A DNA stretch of 63,123 nucleotides, the filler included, from Neolecta irregularis DAH-3 (lineage: Eukaryota): NCBI GenBank assembly GCA_001929475.1. It is 8 parts of 8 records of this genome, joined end to end, with 100 filler letters (N's around TTAATTAATTAA, not from the genome) between each part and the next. Parts side by side here need not be neighbours in the genome. Positions count along the whole stretch, not along the records: positions 1 to 20,620 come from LXFE01000209.1; 7 more parts are not named here. One strand, 5' to 3'. The notes below the pieces were generated by a model. It was given only the letters and a program-made list of their open reading frames with translations. It was not told the DNA's origin and did not search any database. Below, piece after piece: positions 1-13,594 of the stretch; positions within the stretch are counted from its first letter, which is position 1; each line of letters begins with the position of its first letter. A program made the translations under genes and the position numbers.

Positions 1-343
1 CTCTCACAACTAATGCCTAACCAAACTTCTTGGTGAATTTAGTCAAGATTTTATCACCAAGTCCTGGAGCAGCTAGGGAAACTCCGGCAAATAAGAGAAA
101 TATTTTGAGATAGTGCATAGTGAAAAGATCAAAGGTCTAGAGATCAGTCTGATGGAGAGCCACTTATATAGCCCGACTTTCTAGCATGCCCGTTTCCGGC
201 AGCCAGCTCATATACGTTTTATTACCGTATCCAGATGAACGGAATTGTATCAGCCAACTCATGAACGTTTTATAGCTACATCCGGAAGAAAGGGACGGCA
301 TAACTGACGCTTGCGTATGTTTTCGTTTGAACTATTGAAACAT

Positions 344-651
344 TGTACGAAAGCAGCTCCTCTTTTCAAGGTATCTTACGGTTCCGGAATACTAACTCCA
401 CTATCGATATACCAACCTAAGCCTACGAGCGACAAAAGGGAAACTCCTGAGCGCTCACACTTACCCAATCACGTAGGTTAGGTATACCCAGTGGATACGT
501 CCTCGCCATGCCATAATAAGGGCAGTGGGTTATATAAGTGGGGGACTGCTATGGGTCCCCGTATACTTTGTATGTACAGTTGGAGATCCTCATATACTTG
601 AGCTAGAAATATAAACCTAGTCTTACTTAAAACTGAGGATCGCAGCTTACA
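344..651 (+). mobile_element. Probable degenerate solo LTR
   Basis: TG...CA termini (tgtacg...gcttaca) and a TATA-like tatataag at ~531. The 3' part (aaatataaacctagtcttactt...ttaca) resembles 20802-20891. No target-site duplication (TSD) found. Confidence 0.35.
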
Positions 652-1827
652 CCCTGTATATTAGGAGTTCGCAACCAAGTCTTATTTATTCCTCAGATGA
701 TCATTACATTTAGACTGTCTATACTGACGCAAGCTCTAGTCTAATCAGTCTAGAGGGCATCAATGGGCTGGTCTGGTCCATATAGACAGTCTGATTAGAC
801 CGTTGATTTGATCCAGTATATTTGGAATGCTAGATTTTCTTAGAAACACAAACCAGGTTCATCCATGATTTCATCCCCGGACTCAGTTTAAATGACATCA
901 TCGCCAGAGAACAAACTAGAAATCCTTCCGTAACCAAATCCTGATAAAAGACCTTATGAAGTTGCCTGGCGAAATATATAAGCCAGTGTCCAGCACCTAT
1001 AGTCTTATCTCGGTTCGAAAACTATCTTGAATTTTCAAGTAGACTGTACGACATGCAAATCATCCTTTTGCTCCTTGAGTTTTCCATTTTACGAGTCTTT
1101 GGTATGTCGGTATAAATGTTGACTGACGGTGCAATAGGATTTCCCATTGGTATTTACTGCTTCCAGTTCACTTGTCATCGTTGCGGCTTACCTGAAACAG
1201 ACAACAACGAGCTTCTTGGTAAAAGAGAAGGGAACCGGGAACCTGCGCCACCGCGTGTAGGCGGTGGATCCCCTCCCCAACACAACAAATGAGTAGGATG
1301 CAACTTTGAGAGGTTCGAGTGTATTCTCAATTACATTATTGATTGTGAGGTAGGTAGAAAAAGGGTTGGGATAACTGTATCCCATTGTTATAAGATTGAT
1401 ATTTCAATGCCCATGGACAAAAGTATTTCTGTATTAATAATCGCAATAGATCCTTATGTAGAGATTCTTACTGGTTGCGAATACTATGAGTTGCGAGGTC
1501 AGAGCACTGGAATCCCATGTTACGAGAAACCATCTGGCTGAGATCTATTTTTTCGCCTACTGTAACTGGAGTTTAGCTGCTTTTCGCAGATTTAATTTTT
1601 TATGGTTCAATAAAGATTCGAGAGCAATTCTACTTTAATCATTGTTTGAAAATGATTTGATTTTATATGTATGTATTTCATCATCGGTGAAATCTACCCT
1701 CCACTCCAATTCGCCCGTGACCTCGTAGACTAACGCGTTCACCGGTTACACAAATTTCAAAAACGCACTTGCCCTATTCCTGGTTCTTGTCGTTCAAACG
1801 TAGCCCTGTTGGCAGTCTAATGTCATC

Positions 1828-4800
1828 ATGGCCACGCTATATAACCCAGAACTGCTCGGCAAACTTTTCCAAGATCTAAGGAATAAGTACGTTGAATCCC
1901 ATGTTTATCTACGATATCTGAAATGTTCTGGTGCAGAAACGAAGATGTTCGAGAAAAAGCTGCAAGGGATCTTCGGGACTATGTATGGGGCTTTTTATCT
2001 TTACAATTGACGCTTTGATAGGTTTCTGCAGTTTCTCGTGAACCATCTGGAGGGGTAGTTACTTTCAACAATGATATCAACCGTCGTATCTTCGAACTCG
2101 TTCAAAGTAATGATAGTTCTGAGCGTCTTGGAGGAATTATGGCTATCGGTATGTGAGCTTCAGCAATATCATACTAATCTCTTTGAGATAAACTCATCGA
2201 TCTTCGAACGGACAGCAACGACACACAAATTACTCGGTTCGTCAATTACCTCAGAGCTGTGCTACCCGGGAATGACGCGCAAGCTGTGCAGCTTGCTGCA
2301 AAAGCTATGGGTATCGTTACTTCAAGGATTTACTTAATATAAAGGGAAATTGGCCACCTCATCCAGCTCTTTGGTAACCGATCTCGTTGAATTCGAAATC
2401 AGGAGAGCCTTGGAATGGCTTCAGGGAGATCGACACGAAGCTCGAAGGTACAGTGCGGTCCTTGTTTTAAGAGAACTGGCTCGAAACTCGACAACCATCA
2501 TCTACTCTCATATTAGCGAAGTATTAGATCTCATGTGGGTCGCATTACGTGATATACGCGTGACAATTCGAGAGGCTGCGGCAGAAGCATTAAGAGCCTG
2601 CTTGGATATCATTTATACTCGAGAAAGTCATCGAAGAGCTGATCACTACAATAAACTTCTCCTAGAAGCTCAGAATGGGCTCAAGATGGGCACTGTCGAA
2701 TGCATCCATGGAAGTTTTTTGACCTACAAAGAGCTTTTACATGGCGCTGGAATGGTAATTTCTCAGCTTTCTTCGTTTAACATCAGTTCATGCGAGACCG
2801 TTATAGAGAAGTTTGCGATGTCATCTTATATTACAAGGATCATCGAGACGCCCTCATTCGTCGTTCAGTTATCTCTCTGATCCCTACATTGGCCGAATAT
2901 AATCCTTCCGAATTTGTCGCTTCACGCCTTCATAAATGCATGTTGCACCTCATTGGCCAGCTGAAGAAAGAGCGGGATCGTTCCGCGGGTATTTGGATCT
3001 TGAAACTTGTGCTAATCTTAGCTTTTATCGCCATTGGAGAAGTTGCGCTGGCTGTAGGCAGCAATATGGAGTCCTATCTTGATCCCGTTATTCAAAATAT
3101 TAGGGATGGTCTTCAACTCAAAGGGTATTGACACTGATATTCATTCATTGACTTTACAGGAAAAATCGTACAAGCCAAGAGGTCCCAATCTTTCTTTGCA
3201 TTGGTATGTTAGCCAAAGCCGTAGGTCAATCTATCGTCAAATACATGCAAGACTTGCTCGATTTAATGTTCGCCTGTAGCTTGAGTAGACCTTTTGTTCA
3301 AACTCTTGATGATGTTGGACATGCAGTACCGCCGTTACTTCCACAAATACAAGAAAGATTACTTGATATGCTAAGCGTCATTCTAAGTGGTCAACCTTTC
3401 AGAGTCCCGGGAAGCCCGGAAAATTTCATGACCATAACCCCACTGGTCGCAAGAGAAATTAGAGATGCACAAGCGCTGGAGAATCGAGATACCGAGACTT
3501 TAATCCTAGCGCTTGATACACTTGGTAGCTTTGACTTTAAAAGTATACGATCCCAACTCTGTGCTTTTTACTAAGCATTAGATCATGCTCTTTGTGAATT
3601 TGTAAAGGATTGCGCTGTAACTTATCTTGAACAAGACGAACCTGGTGTTAGAAAATCGGCTGCTTTGACTTGCAGCAAGATTCTCGCGAATGATCACATC
3701 GTAAATCAAACAGCTAACCATGCTATTGCTGTAGTTAACGAAGTGCTCGAGAAACTACTCACTGTGGGAATTGCAGATCCAGATCCCACAATTCGATATA
3801 TTGTACTAAAATCATTAGTTGATAAATTTGATAGGCACCTTTCCCAAGCTGAAAACGTTCGATCTCTATTCATCGCCCTCAACGACGAAGTTTTTGTCAT
3901 ACGAGAGCTCGCTATATCAATCATCGGACGCCTGACGAGCCATAATCCAGCCTGCGTTATGCCGTCGTTGCGCAAGACTTTGATACAATTGCTCACAGAG
4001 CTTCAATATTCGGGGGCCAGGTACACAAGTGTGATTTTAAATCTCTCTTGACTGGGCTAGTCGAAGTAAAGAAGAATCTGCCATCTTGCTTAGTCTCCTT
4101 GTTCGGGCAGCTCAGACGCTATTCCGACCTTACATTGAACCGATGATGAAAGTTCTACTTCCAAAAGCGTGCGACAGTGCTCCCACTGTTGCAACGAGTG
4201 TTATTACATGTATCGGAGAACTCGCACAGATCGGAGGCTCTGACATGGTACCGTATCACAAGGACCTTGTTCCACTCATAATTGAAACTTTGCGAGATCA
4301 GAGTTTACCAGCTAAACGAGAGGCTGCCCTGCGAACCCTTTCACACTTGGCCGGAAATTCCGGATATGTTATGGACCCCTACCTCGATTATCCCGAGTTG
4401 CTGGACATACTTCTTGCTATCACTCAGTACGAACAAAACCCTTCCATTCGTCGAGAAACTGTCAAATTGATAGGTGTTCTCGGAGCAATTGATCCATACA
4501 GACATCATCAGGTATTTCTACCGATAAGAATATTTCAAATGTATAGCGAGGTGTACAACACGCTGCAGAACACAAAATTACCAGTTCTGATGTTTCCCTT
4601 ATCATGAGTGGATTGGGACCTTCTTCCGAAGAATTTTACCCTACCGTTGTGGTCAATACTTTGATGGGGATTTTACGGGATCCTTCCCTAGGAAATCATC
4701 ATACGGATGTGATCCAGGCAATCATGTACATTTTTAAAACGCTTGGCCTAAAATGTGTAACATTTCTACCGCAGGTATACCCTGTTTCAAGAATTACCTA

Positions 4801-7800
4801 ATCTTTAAAGATTATCCCTGGATTTCTCAGCGTCATGCGATCATGTGGCTCTAGTATGCTCGAATTTTATTTCCAACAACTTGGGATTCTAATTTCTATT
4901 GTCAAGCAACATATTCGAAATTTCCTTGATGATATCTTCCAGTTGATACAGGAATTTTGGTTCACTGGAGGAAATTTGATCGCAACGATCCTCACTTTGG
5001 TAGAGTCGATTGCTCGAGCGCTGGAAGGAGAGTTCAAAATTTATCTTCCTAAATTATTACCAAATCTTCTCGCTGTTTTTGATAACGATCCATCGCCAGG
5101 CCGATTGGCAACGCAGAAAACCCTCCACGCATTAATCACTTTTGGCTCTAATATCGAAGAATATATGCATCTAGTCCTCCCTGCAGTAGTCAAAATGTTT
5201 GAAAAACTTGATGCTCCAGTAGCAATCCGAAGATGTGCCATCCAGACCGTCGCACAGTTATCTAGAAAAGTCAACTTTGCTGACCACGTATCGCGTATTG
5301 TACATCCTCTATCCCGAGTCCTTACTACCGGGAACCACGAACTTCGCATGGCTGCAATGGATACTCTTTGTGCTTTGGTGTTTCAGTTGGGAAATGACTA
5401 TGCAATATTCATTCCGATGATTGCAAAGGTTTGTGGCATTAAGCCAAAGATTTGACATTGTAGTGTCTGAATCAAAACAAAATCAGTCATCCCAACTACG
5501 AGCTATTGGTATCTAAGCTTCTTAAAGGTGAGTCATTGCCTCAAGACTTGACATCAGATGAAAGGTAGAGCATATGAGATCAGGTTGCTAATATGCAAGC
5601 TACATTGATAGTCGTATTGATGAGGCAAGCTCTGCAGAAGCAACTTCGAAAAAGCTTCCTGTAAATCAGCAACATCTCAAAACTGCTTGGGAAGCATCAC
5701 AGCGCTCGACGAAAGAGGATTGGCAAGAATGGTTCAGACGTCTTAGCGTGGAACTACTCAAGGAATCTCCGTCGCACGCTCTTCGAGCTTGTGCCACTCT
5801 TGCAGGATCCTACAATCAGCTTGCAAAAGAACTCTTCAACGCCGCATTCTATTCTTGTTGGGCTGAACTCTATGACCAATATCAAGATGAATTTGTCCGG
5901 GCTCTCGAGACTGCTTTGCATGCAACACAAATACCCCCCGAGATCCTCCAAATGTTGTTGAATCTTGCGGAATTTATGGAACATGACGATAAGGCATTGC
6001 CAATCGATATCCGAACATTGGGATCTTATGCTGCAAAATGTCATGCGTACGCTAAAGCACTGCATTATAAAGAGTTAGAATTCATAACTGAACCAACCAC
6101 AAGCACGATTGAGAATCTGATAGCTGTCAACAACCACCTGCAGCAATTCGATGCAGCTATTGGGACATTAACTTATGCCCAACAACATCACAACCTAGAA
6201 CTAAAGGAAAGCTGGTACGAACGATTACACAGATGGGAAGACGCTCTTGTCGCCTACGAAAGACGTGCACAAGAGGATCCAAGTAGCACTGATGCAGTTC
6301 TTGGGAAAATGCGATGTCTACATGCTCTTGGTGAATGGGACCTGCTTTCACAACTTGCTCAAGAGAAGTGGTTGCTGGCGACTCCGGATGTCAAGCGATC
6401 CATTGCACAACTTGCTGTCGCAGCAGCATGGGGTCTTGGAAATTGGGATAAGGTGGATGATTACATCTCGGTTATCAAACAAGACTCGCCCGATTGTGCT
6501 TTCTTCAGAGCGATTTTGGCTTTGCACCAAGAGGAGTTTGTTAGTGCCTCAAGTTATATCGCAACAGCGCGCAATTTACTGGATACAGAACTTACAGCAC
6601 TTGTAGGTGAAAGCTATAACAGAGCTTATGGGTATTCTACACTTATTAGAAAGGCTTTTTGTCTAATTCTCTTAGCGTTGCTGTTAGAATCCAGATGCTT
6701 GCGGAGTTGGACGAGATAATTGCTTACAAAAAGGCGAAAGATCAACCCGAGAAGAAAGCAATTATTCAATTAACCTGGTCGAAAAGGTATCTTTAGGTAT
6801 CATAATTATCGCTCAATTTTCAGGCTTGAAGGGATTCAACGCGACGTCGATACGTGGCAGAGGATGCTAAAGCTCCGATCCCTGGTTATATCACCAAAGG
6901 AAAACATGGATGCCTGGATCAAGTTTGCCAATCTCTGCAGGAAATCGGGGAGACTTGGTCTCACCGAGAAATCCCTCAATTCGTTATTGGATGAAGACGA
7001 ACAGATCGACGATTTCCACGTAAGTCAAAATAGAAACGTCTGTTTCTAATTGATAGACCATTACCAAAGCTCCATCCCAAGTCGTTTACGCACATCTGAA
7101 ATATCTATGGGCAACTGGCCGTCGTGACGAAGCTTTTTCGCATTTGTGCGACTTTACAGCCAAAATGTCACAAAATCTCGGTGTTAGCATAATCCAAGAC
7201 GCACCACCTTATGCCGCTCCCGCAATAATTTCTCAACGTCATCCCTCCTCTTCAGATCAAACTAGGCTTCTAGCGCGCTGTTATCTCAAACAAGGAGAAT
7301 GGCACATTGCATTAACAAGAAACTGGACGACTGGAGATCATGCTGAGGACATTTTGCGTTCCTACCGATTGGCTACTCATTTCGACGATAGTTGGTATAA
7401 GGCATGGCATGCTTGGGCTCTAGCGAACTACGAAGTGGTTGCTGAGCAGGATAAGAATGGCGATCTGGACTATAATGCTCATATTGTTCCATCTGTCAAT
7501 GGTAATGAATTACATCACATATTGGCTAACTTGAAGGCTTCTTTCGATCGATTGCACTAAGCGCTGGTAATGCTCTTCAAGACACACTTCGTCTTCTCAC
7601 CTTGTGGTTTGATCACGGATTCCATCCAGATGTTCTAGCGGCACTTAATCAAGGATTTTCTACCGTGAGCATTGATACATGGCTTGAAGTTATTCCCCAA
7701 GTATCTTGTCATGGTTTTCACATCGTATTGACAGAAAGCTGATAGCTCGGATTCATGCACAGCATGGAGTTGTGCGCAGGACAATTCACCAACTTTTATC

Positions 7801-9701
7801 GGAAGTTGGCAGGGCACATCCTCAAGCTTTAGTTTACCCGCTAACGGTGGCAACGAAATCACAAAGTAAAGCTCGCAGATCCGCCGCAATGGCTGTCGTC
7901 GATAAGTTGAGAGAGCATAGCGCCACCTTAGTTGATCAAGCATTACTCGTTAGCCATGAACTAATTCGCGTCGCGATTCTTTGGCATGAACAATGGCACG
8001 AGGGGCTAGAAGAAGCTTCTCGGCTATACTTCACCGATCATAACATCCAAGCAATGTTTGATATTTTGAAGCCTTTGCATGATATGCTTGACAAAGTAAG
8101 TCACGCTTCAGTTCTTTCTCTCATAGATCAGGGCCCGGAGACCCTTCGCGAGGTATCTTTTAATCAAACTTATGGACGTGATCTTCAAGAAGCTCGTGAC
8201 TGGTGCATACGATACGAACGAACCCTCGAACTCGCCGACCTTAACCAAGCATGGGATCTTTATTATCAAGTCTTTCGAAAAATCAGCAAACAACTTCCTA
8301 GTTTGACCACCCTTGAACTACAATTCGTCTCACAAAAACTACTTAAAGCTACAGACCTTGATCTTGCTATGCCAGGAACGTATGTAAGTGGAAAACCGAT
8401 CGTGAAAATAGCCGGCTTTGCACCCACATTCACTGTCATCACTTCGAAACAAAGGCCGCGAAAATTAACAATTAAAGGAAGCGACGGTAAAGAGTACCAA
8501 TATGCTCTCAAAGGCATTCATTCATATTTTGCATTTTCTCATTTTTCTAGGACACGAAGATATTCGTCAGGATGAGCGGGTCATGCAATTGTTTGGCCTA
8601 GTAAATACCTTATTGTCGAATGACTCGGAATGTTATAAGCGTCATTTAAGCATACAACAATATCCCGTCATCCCTCTCTCCCAGTATTCTGGGCTTCTGG
8701 GATGGGTCCCGGATAGCGATACGCTCCATGTTTTGATCAAGGATTACCGAGAAACTCGAAAGATTTTACTTAACATTGAGCACCGACTGATGCTTCAAAT
8801 GGCACCGGACTACGACAATTTAACATTATTGCAGAAAGTTGAAGTTTTCGAATACGCACTAGACAATACAACAGGACAAGACCTTTATCGAGTGCTTTGG
8901 CTCAAGAGTAGAAGCTCTGAGGCTTGGTTAGATCGTAGGTCCAATTATACTCGTTCTTTGGCAACAATGTCCATGGTTGGCTACATTCTTGGATTGGGTG
9001 ATAGACACCCGAGTAACTTGATGCTTGATCGCTACACTGGTAAGGTTATTCACATAGATTTTGGAGACTGCTTCGAGGTATCTAAGTTCATTCACATGGT
9101 CTAATGCCAAGGTTGCGATGAATCGTGAAAAATTTCCCGAAAAAATACCATTCCGCCTTACCAGAATGCTCACAAATGCTATGGAAATAAGTGGGATAGA
9201 GGGAAGTTTCCGAATAACTGCGGAGGCTGTTATGCGTGTTCTACGCGATAATAAAGAATCTCTTATGGCTGTGCTGGAAGCATTCGTTTATGATCCTTTA
9301 CTTAACTGGCGCTTAATTACGAATCCGAGTCCTATAGACGGGGATAGGAGGAGATCGGATGGTAGTTCTTTATGTGTGACAAGATCACTCATGAGTATAG
9401 ATCTGGTGGATGAACGCGGCCTTGGTCGGCGGAGTAGAGCTGACGAAAATGAACTGGTTCAAAGTGAGATCTCTTGTTCTCTTGATATCTTATATTGAAA
9501 GGGGAAGTTCATCAAATGCCTGAAATGCTCAATCAACGGGCAGTCATCGTAATGAAGCGTGTTGCAGATAAATTACAGGGTACGGACTTCAAAGACAACG
9601 AGGAGCTCGATGTTCCACAACAGGTGCAACGACTCATTCTGCAGGCCACGTCTTTAGAGAACCTTTGCCAATGTTATATTGGCTGGTGCAGTTTCTGGTG
9701 A
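1828..9701 (+). CDS. TOR2: Serine/threonine kinase TOR (HEAT, FAT, FRB, PI3K-like kinase, FATC); multi-exon with many short introns
   Basis: [22 protein letters not shown]; kinase [31 protein letters not shown] and [11 protein letters not shown]-terminal [19 protein letters not shown] pieces are joined by GT-AG introns. TOR1 versus TOR2 assignment is uncertain. Confidence 0.97.
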
Positions 9702-9858
9702 TTAAAATATCTTAAATTTTGTTTTTGGGCGTTGGAGTTGCTGTAGGAAGGTTATAACAGATCGATAACTATATTCACTGCACTCATCATTGATAACGTG
9801 ACTCTTTCGCGCTTAGATTGTGATCACGGTACATTTATTTTACTTCGTATTCCTCATC

Positions 9859-12800
9859 ATGACTTCTCAAACAATCACACAGGATGTAGATAATTCATTT
9901 GTCGATAGTGAGATCAGGACACGAATTTCGAATGTTGTTTCTGCCATTGGAGGATTTAATCACGCCGATGAGTCATGTCCCTATGTACTTGGCGACGATG
10001 CTCTGAATTGTCTCAAGGATCTTAAGAAATGGTTGAGAGGTCATGATGATCGGCTAGGGGTCTGGGATGCAGCCCGGTGTATGGCAGAGGCTCAGATGGT
10101 TCAGAATGACATTTGTCCCACTCTTTCATTATGGGACGAAAGCAGCAGCAGCGACAGACAAAAGTCCCGACTCGCTCTTGCTTGTGGTATGTACGACCGG
10201 CGTGAACTATTCAACAAACGGCTGATAGGGGGTAGTCGAATTGCTGGTACCGTTGACCTGGCCTCTCGATCTCGATTCTGAACAAGCAACTGAGAATCAA
10301 TACTTTCACCTTCCTCACCTTCGTTTGGCACAGATAAACTATAAGCATGCTATCCTTAGCAATAACCCTGCAAACCTCCTTCGACATATTTCCCGAGTTG
10401 CATTTCCCTCGATGGTAGTTAATCGTCGCAATCGTACGGAGCGGGACGATGGAATCATTCGCTTAGTTCTATATGTTATCCGCAATCTAGCGATCATCGA
10501 AGGTAAGCTTCACGATTTCCACACGTCTAGATCAGCCACTATCGAAGCCTTTGAGAAGGCGCGAGTATTTGACATGTTATGTACTCTAGGGTCTAGTATG
10601 GGCGAAGATTTTGAGAAAGAGGATATTATTATTATCGAGACGTTATTTCATCTGATTAAAGGCATCAAGCCCGAGGCACTATACAGAAACACAAGGCGCG
10701 CAGATAGCACCTTGGTATAAAGGATTCTTGAGGCCGACTGATATTAGAAACCTATTAGCGATCTAAGTAATATGCTAAAACGAGAGAATGATCTAAAAAG
10801 ATTGAATGCACGTAATGCACCAACGCGACACAATCGATTCGGCACCCTTATATCTGTTGTAACTCGCGACGAGAAAAGGTTTACAGTATCAAGTCAGAGC
10901 GGTTTGACGGATACACACAGTACTTTGGACAAATTGGATAAAGCGAAGAAGTTCCGTGCCCCGAAACATCGCACAAAGGAACAACGACTTCCTGAAGATG
11001 TGAAATAGCCCGGCTTCTATCGAGACTTATTGTGAAGGTTGATCTTGAGAATGTTCCGATTATTATGCCGGGAGTTATTCCTATTCTCAGGAACTTTGTG
11101 GATCAATTTATGGACTATGCCTTTAATCGTACAGATCTTCCGACAATCACATTGAAACTTTAGCTCTACTCAAATCTATAAGGTCAGCACTGGAAAGGGA
11201 AGCTGCGCGGACGCTCAGAATACACAGAACTCATTATTGTTTTGTGGTGTCTTTCTTCCTCCTGTGCTTTAGATTACGAAACTTGGAAGTAGAAAACAAA
11301 ACAATTCTTAGTGAGGATGCGGATTATGGGCTTGTGGCTACTGTTCTGGACCGCCATGCTTTCATTCTCAGCATCAAGTTGATGCGTGAAGCTCTCGAAG
11401 AGAAGGTACCTAAATCATTTGAGACTAGCTTATCGTATAGCGGTGGACGGAATTACAGTGTGCGATGCAATGCTTTAAAGAAGTTTTGAGGACCATCGAC
11501 AGTATGACATTTTCATCGAATCCAGAGTATCAAGAGATCGCGGATAACATGCAAATGAATCTATTCGATGACGAATCCACTCTTGATTTAGTGGTACAAA
11601 TCCTCAAAGCATATAAAGCACAACCTTTGGGGTATATTCCTTCTACTAAAACCAACTCATTCAAGATATCTCGATGCATGCACTGATCTGACGCATTATT
11701 TCCTCAAAATACTGGAAAAGTATTCTTCAAGCAAATCTCATTTTTTCATTCGCTCAAAACGCCGGCAACAAAAGAAACCAAGAAAATCCTCGAACAACCC
11801 TACAGAGGGGTCTGACGAAGAAGCGAATGGAGAGCAATCTAAGAGTGTTTTTGTACAACGGGAGTTTGATTTCAAACGATACGAAGCGGTATGGAATGGC
11901 GATATCATTTTGACTTTATAGAAATTCGCTAGTGAAAGTTGCATTAAAACGTTTCAGGCTTTTTTGGAGTATTATGCCGAACTTAGTCCCGAACAAATTA
12001 AACGGCCAATCATTTTCTTCCATAGGATTTTCGTAAAACGAGGGCAAGAAGCTCTCATGTTTCGACTCGACTTTTGCGAGCTTTTGTACCGCGTTGTCGG
12101 AGATAAAGCAGGCTTCCCGAGCAGTAATCCGGCGCGCAAAGAGGTAGAAAAATTTGAACAGCATTATGTGAAGAAACTTGTGGGAAATCTCTCCAACTCT
12201 CCCGCCCTGATTACCGAGGTGATCCAAGGTTCTATGAGTTGATTTAACGGTCAGCTGTTATTCTCAAAATCGCGAAGCGATCTTTACTTTCTTCAACACG
12301 GGTACGATAGAACAGTCCAATCTAGAGCACCAAGGTACGACTTCTTGGCGACACATCTAGTAACTATTAGACATCCCGCAGAACTTGAAGTTCGTCCAAG
12401 TGTTCCAGAGGAGCAGCAATTAGCTGTCGCTATTGCTGTTCTCATTGAACTGAACAAGAACGATATTCTTGATTGGCTCAAAGGTGTCTTGTCGCGGGCT
12501 AAAGCTGAGCGTTTGAACTGGGAGTCTGCTGCTGCCGCTCAAAAACTACTTGATAATGAGACGACGGATTTGAATCCGGGAGTAAACCTTGTGCAATTGC
12601 CGCCATTCATTCGTAAGTTGCTTCTTTGGATGTTCCCAACATGCAGAAATTACACCTGAAACCGATGAACAGAAGCAATTGATTTTTCAGGATGCGAGGC
12701 TTTGTCTACTATTGAAATGTTTGGGCATGAAAAGGCTGGGGCTTGATGGTATGAATTGAATCAACACCCTTGCTTAAGCTAGATGATATAGACGCAATGT

Positions 12801-13402
12801 GGATAATACCGTCTGAAATGTCATCGGAGCGTATCGACGACAAGATGATCTCGCTCAAACAGTATACAGACAATCCTCCTGAATTTGAAGATGGAAAAAC
12901 GGCCGAGGATCTAATTCGGCGTAAACCACAAGCACGAGAATATGATACAAATAGCGAAGTAGACTATCCACTGCATCGGTCTGGAGTGGAAGAGTTTGAA
13001 GCAGACGATCCGATTCATTACAAGTCGAACAAGTACGAGCACGTAAAACCGCCTAGAAAGAGGGCCAAAAGGAAGTCATTTGATGATGTGGAGGCTGACG
13101 TGAGACGGAGAAAGAAAGAGGAGGAAAAGATCAGTGCTATAAAAAGTTCAAAATACGTTCGAGATTCCGATGAAGATTCCGATGCTGAAGCGGACCTGGA
13201 ATTCTTTCGGCGAGAAGAACAACTTCGCAAGCGGATTGCTTCATATGGTGCCATTCCAGCAAACCAAACTGAAACAACGATGGACCAGGATGATATTTCT
13301 GATCTGGATATTGAAATCGAAGGTGTGATCAGTACACAGCAGCTTACGCAGCAGAAAACTAAAGGAAAGCGGATTATTCTCAGTGATAGTGAGTCCGAAT
13401 GA
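9859..13402 (+). CDS. TOF1: Replication fork protection protein Tof1/Swi1 (Timeless family), multi-exon
   Basis: N-terminal SAIGG...YVLGDDALNCLKDLKKWLR, ELLVPLTWPL and PTRHNRFGT motifs, IIFFHRIFVK, and acidic C-terminal SSKYVRDSDEDSD...FFRREEQLRK. Confidence 0.92.
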
Positions 13403-13594
13403 ACATGGTAGAACACTTTTATGCATATGTAAATGACGTCGCTTTCCCCTGGGTTCTTTGGTTGTTGTAAGGTTATACCTGAAGGGGATACCTTACCAAT
13501 ACCATAACAAGGCGTAGGATAATATTACGGCCATTAAAGGACAGGCAGGCATAAAAAGTACAGATTATAATATAGTAATTTCTACCTCATTATT

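Noticed and set aside
710-800. Inverted repeats (tagactgtctata / tatagacagtctg) and the hairpin at 1250-1268
   Set aside because: They are short and probably MITE debris or chance; no termini, TSD or RNA family could be supported.
1828-9701. Fragmented ORFs in TOR and other genes as pseudogenes or programmed frameshifts
   Set aside because: The breaks I examined are explained by short spliceosomal introns that restore conserved motifs.
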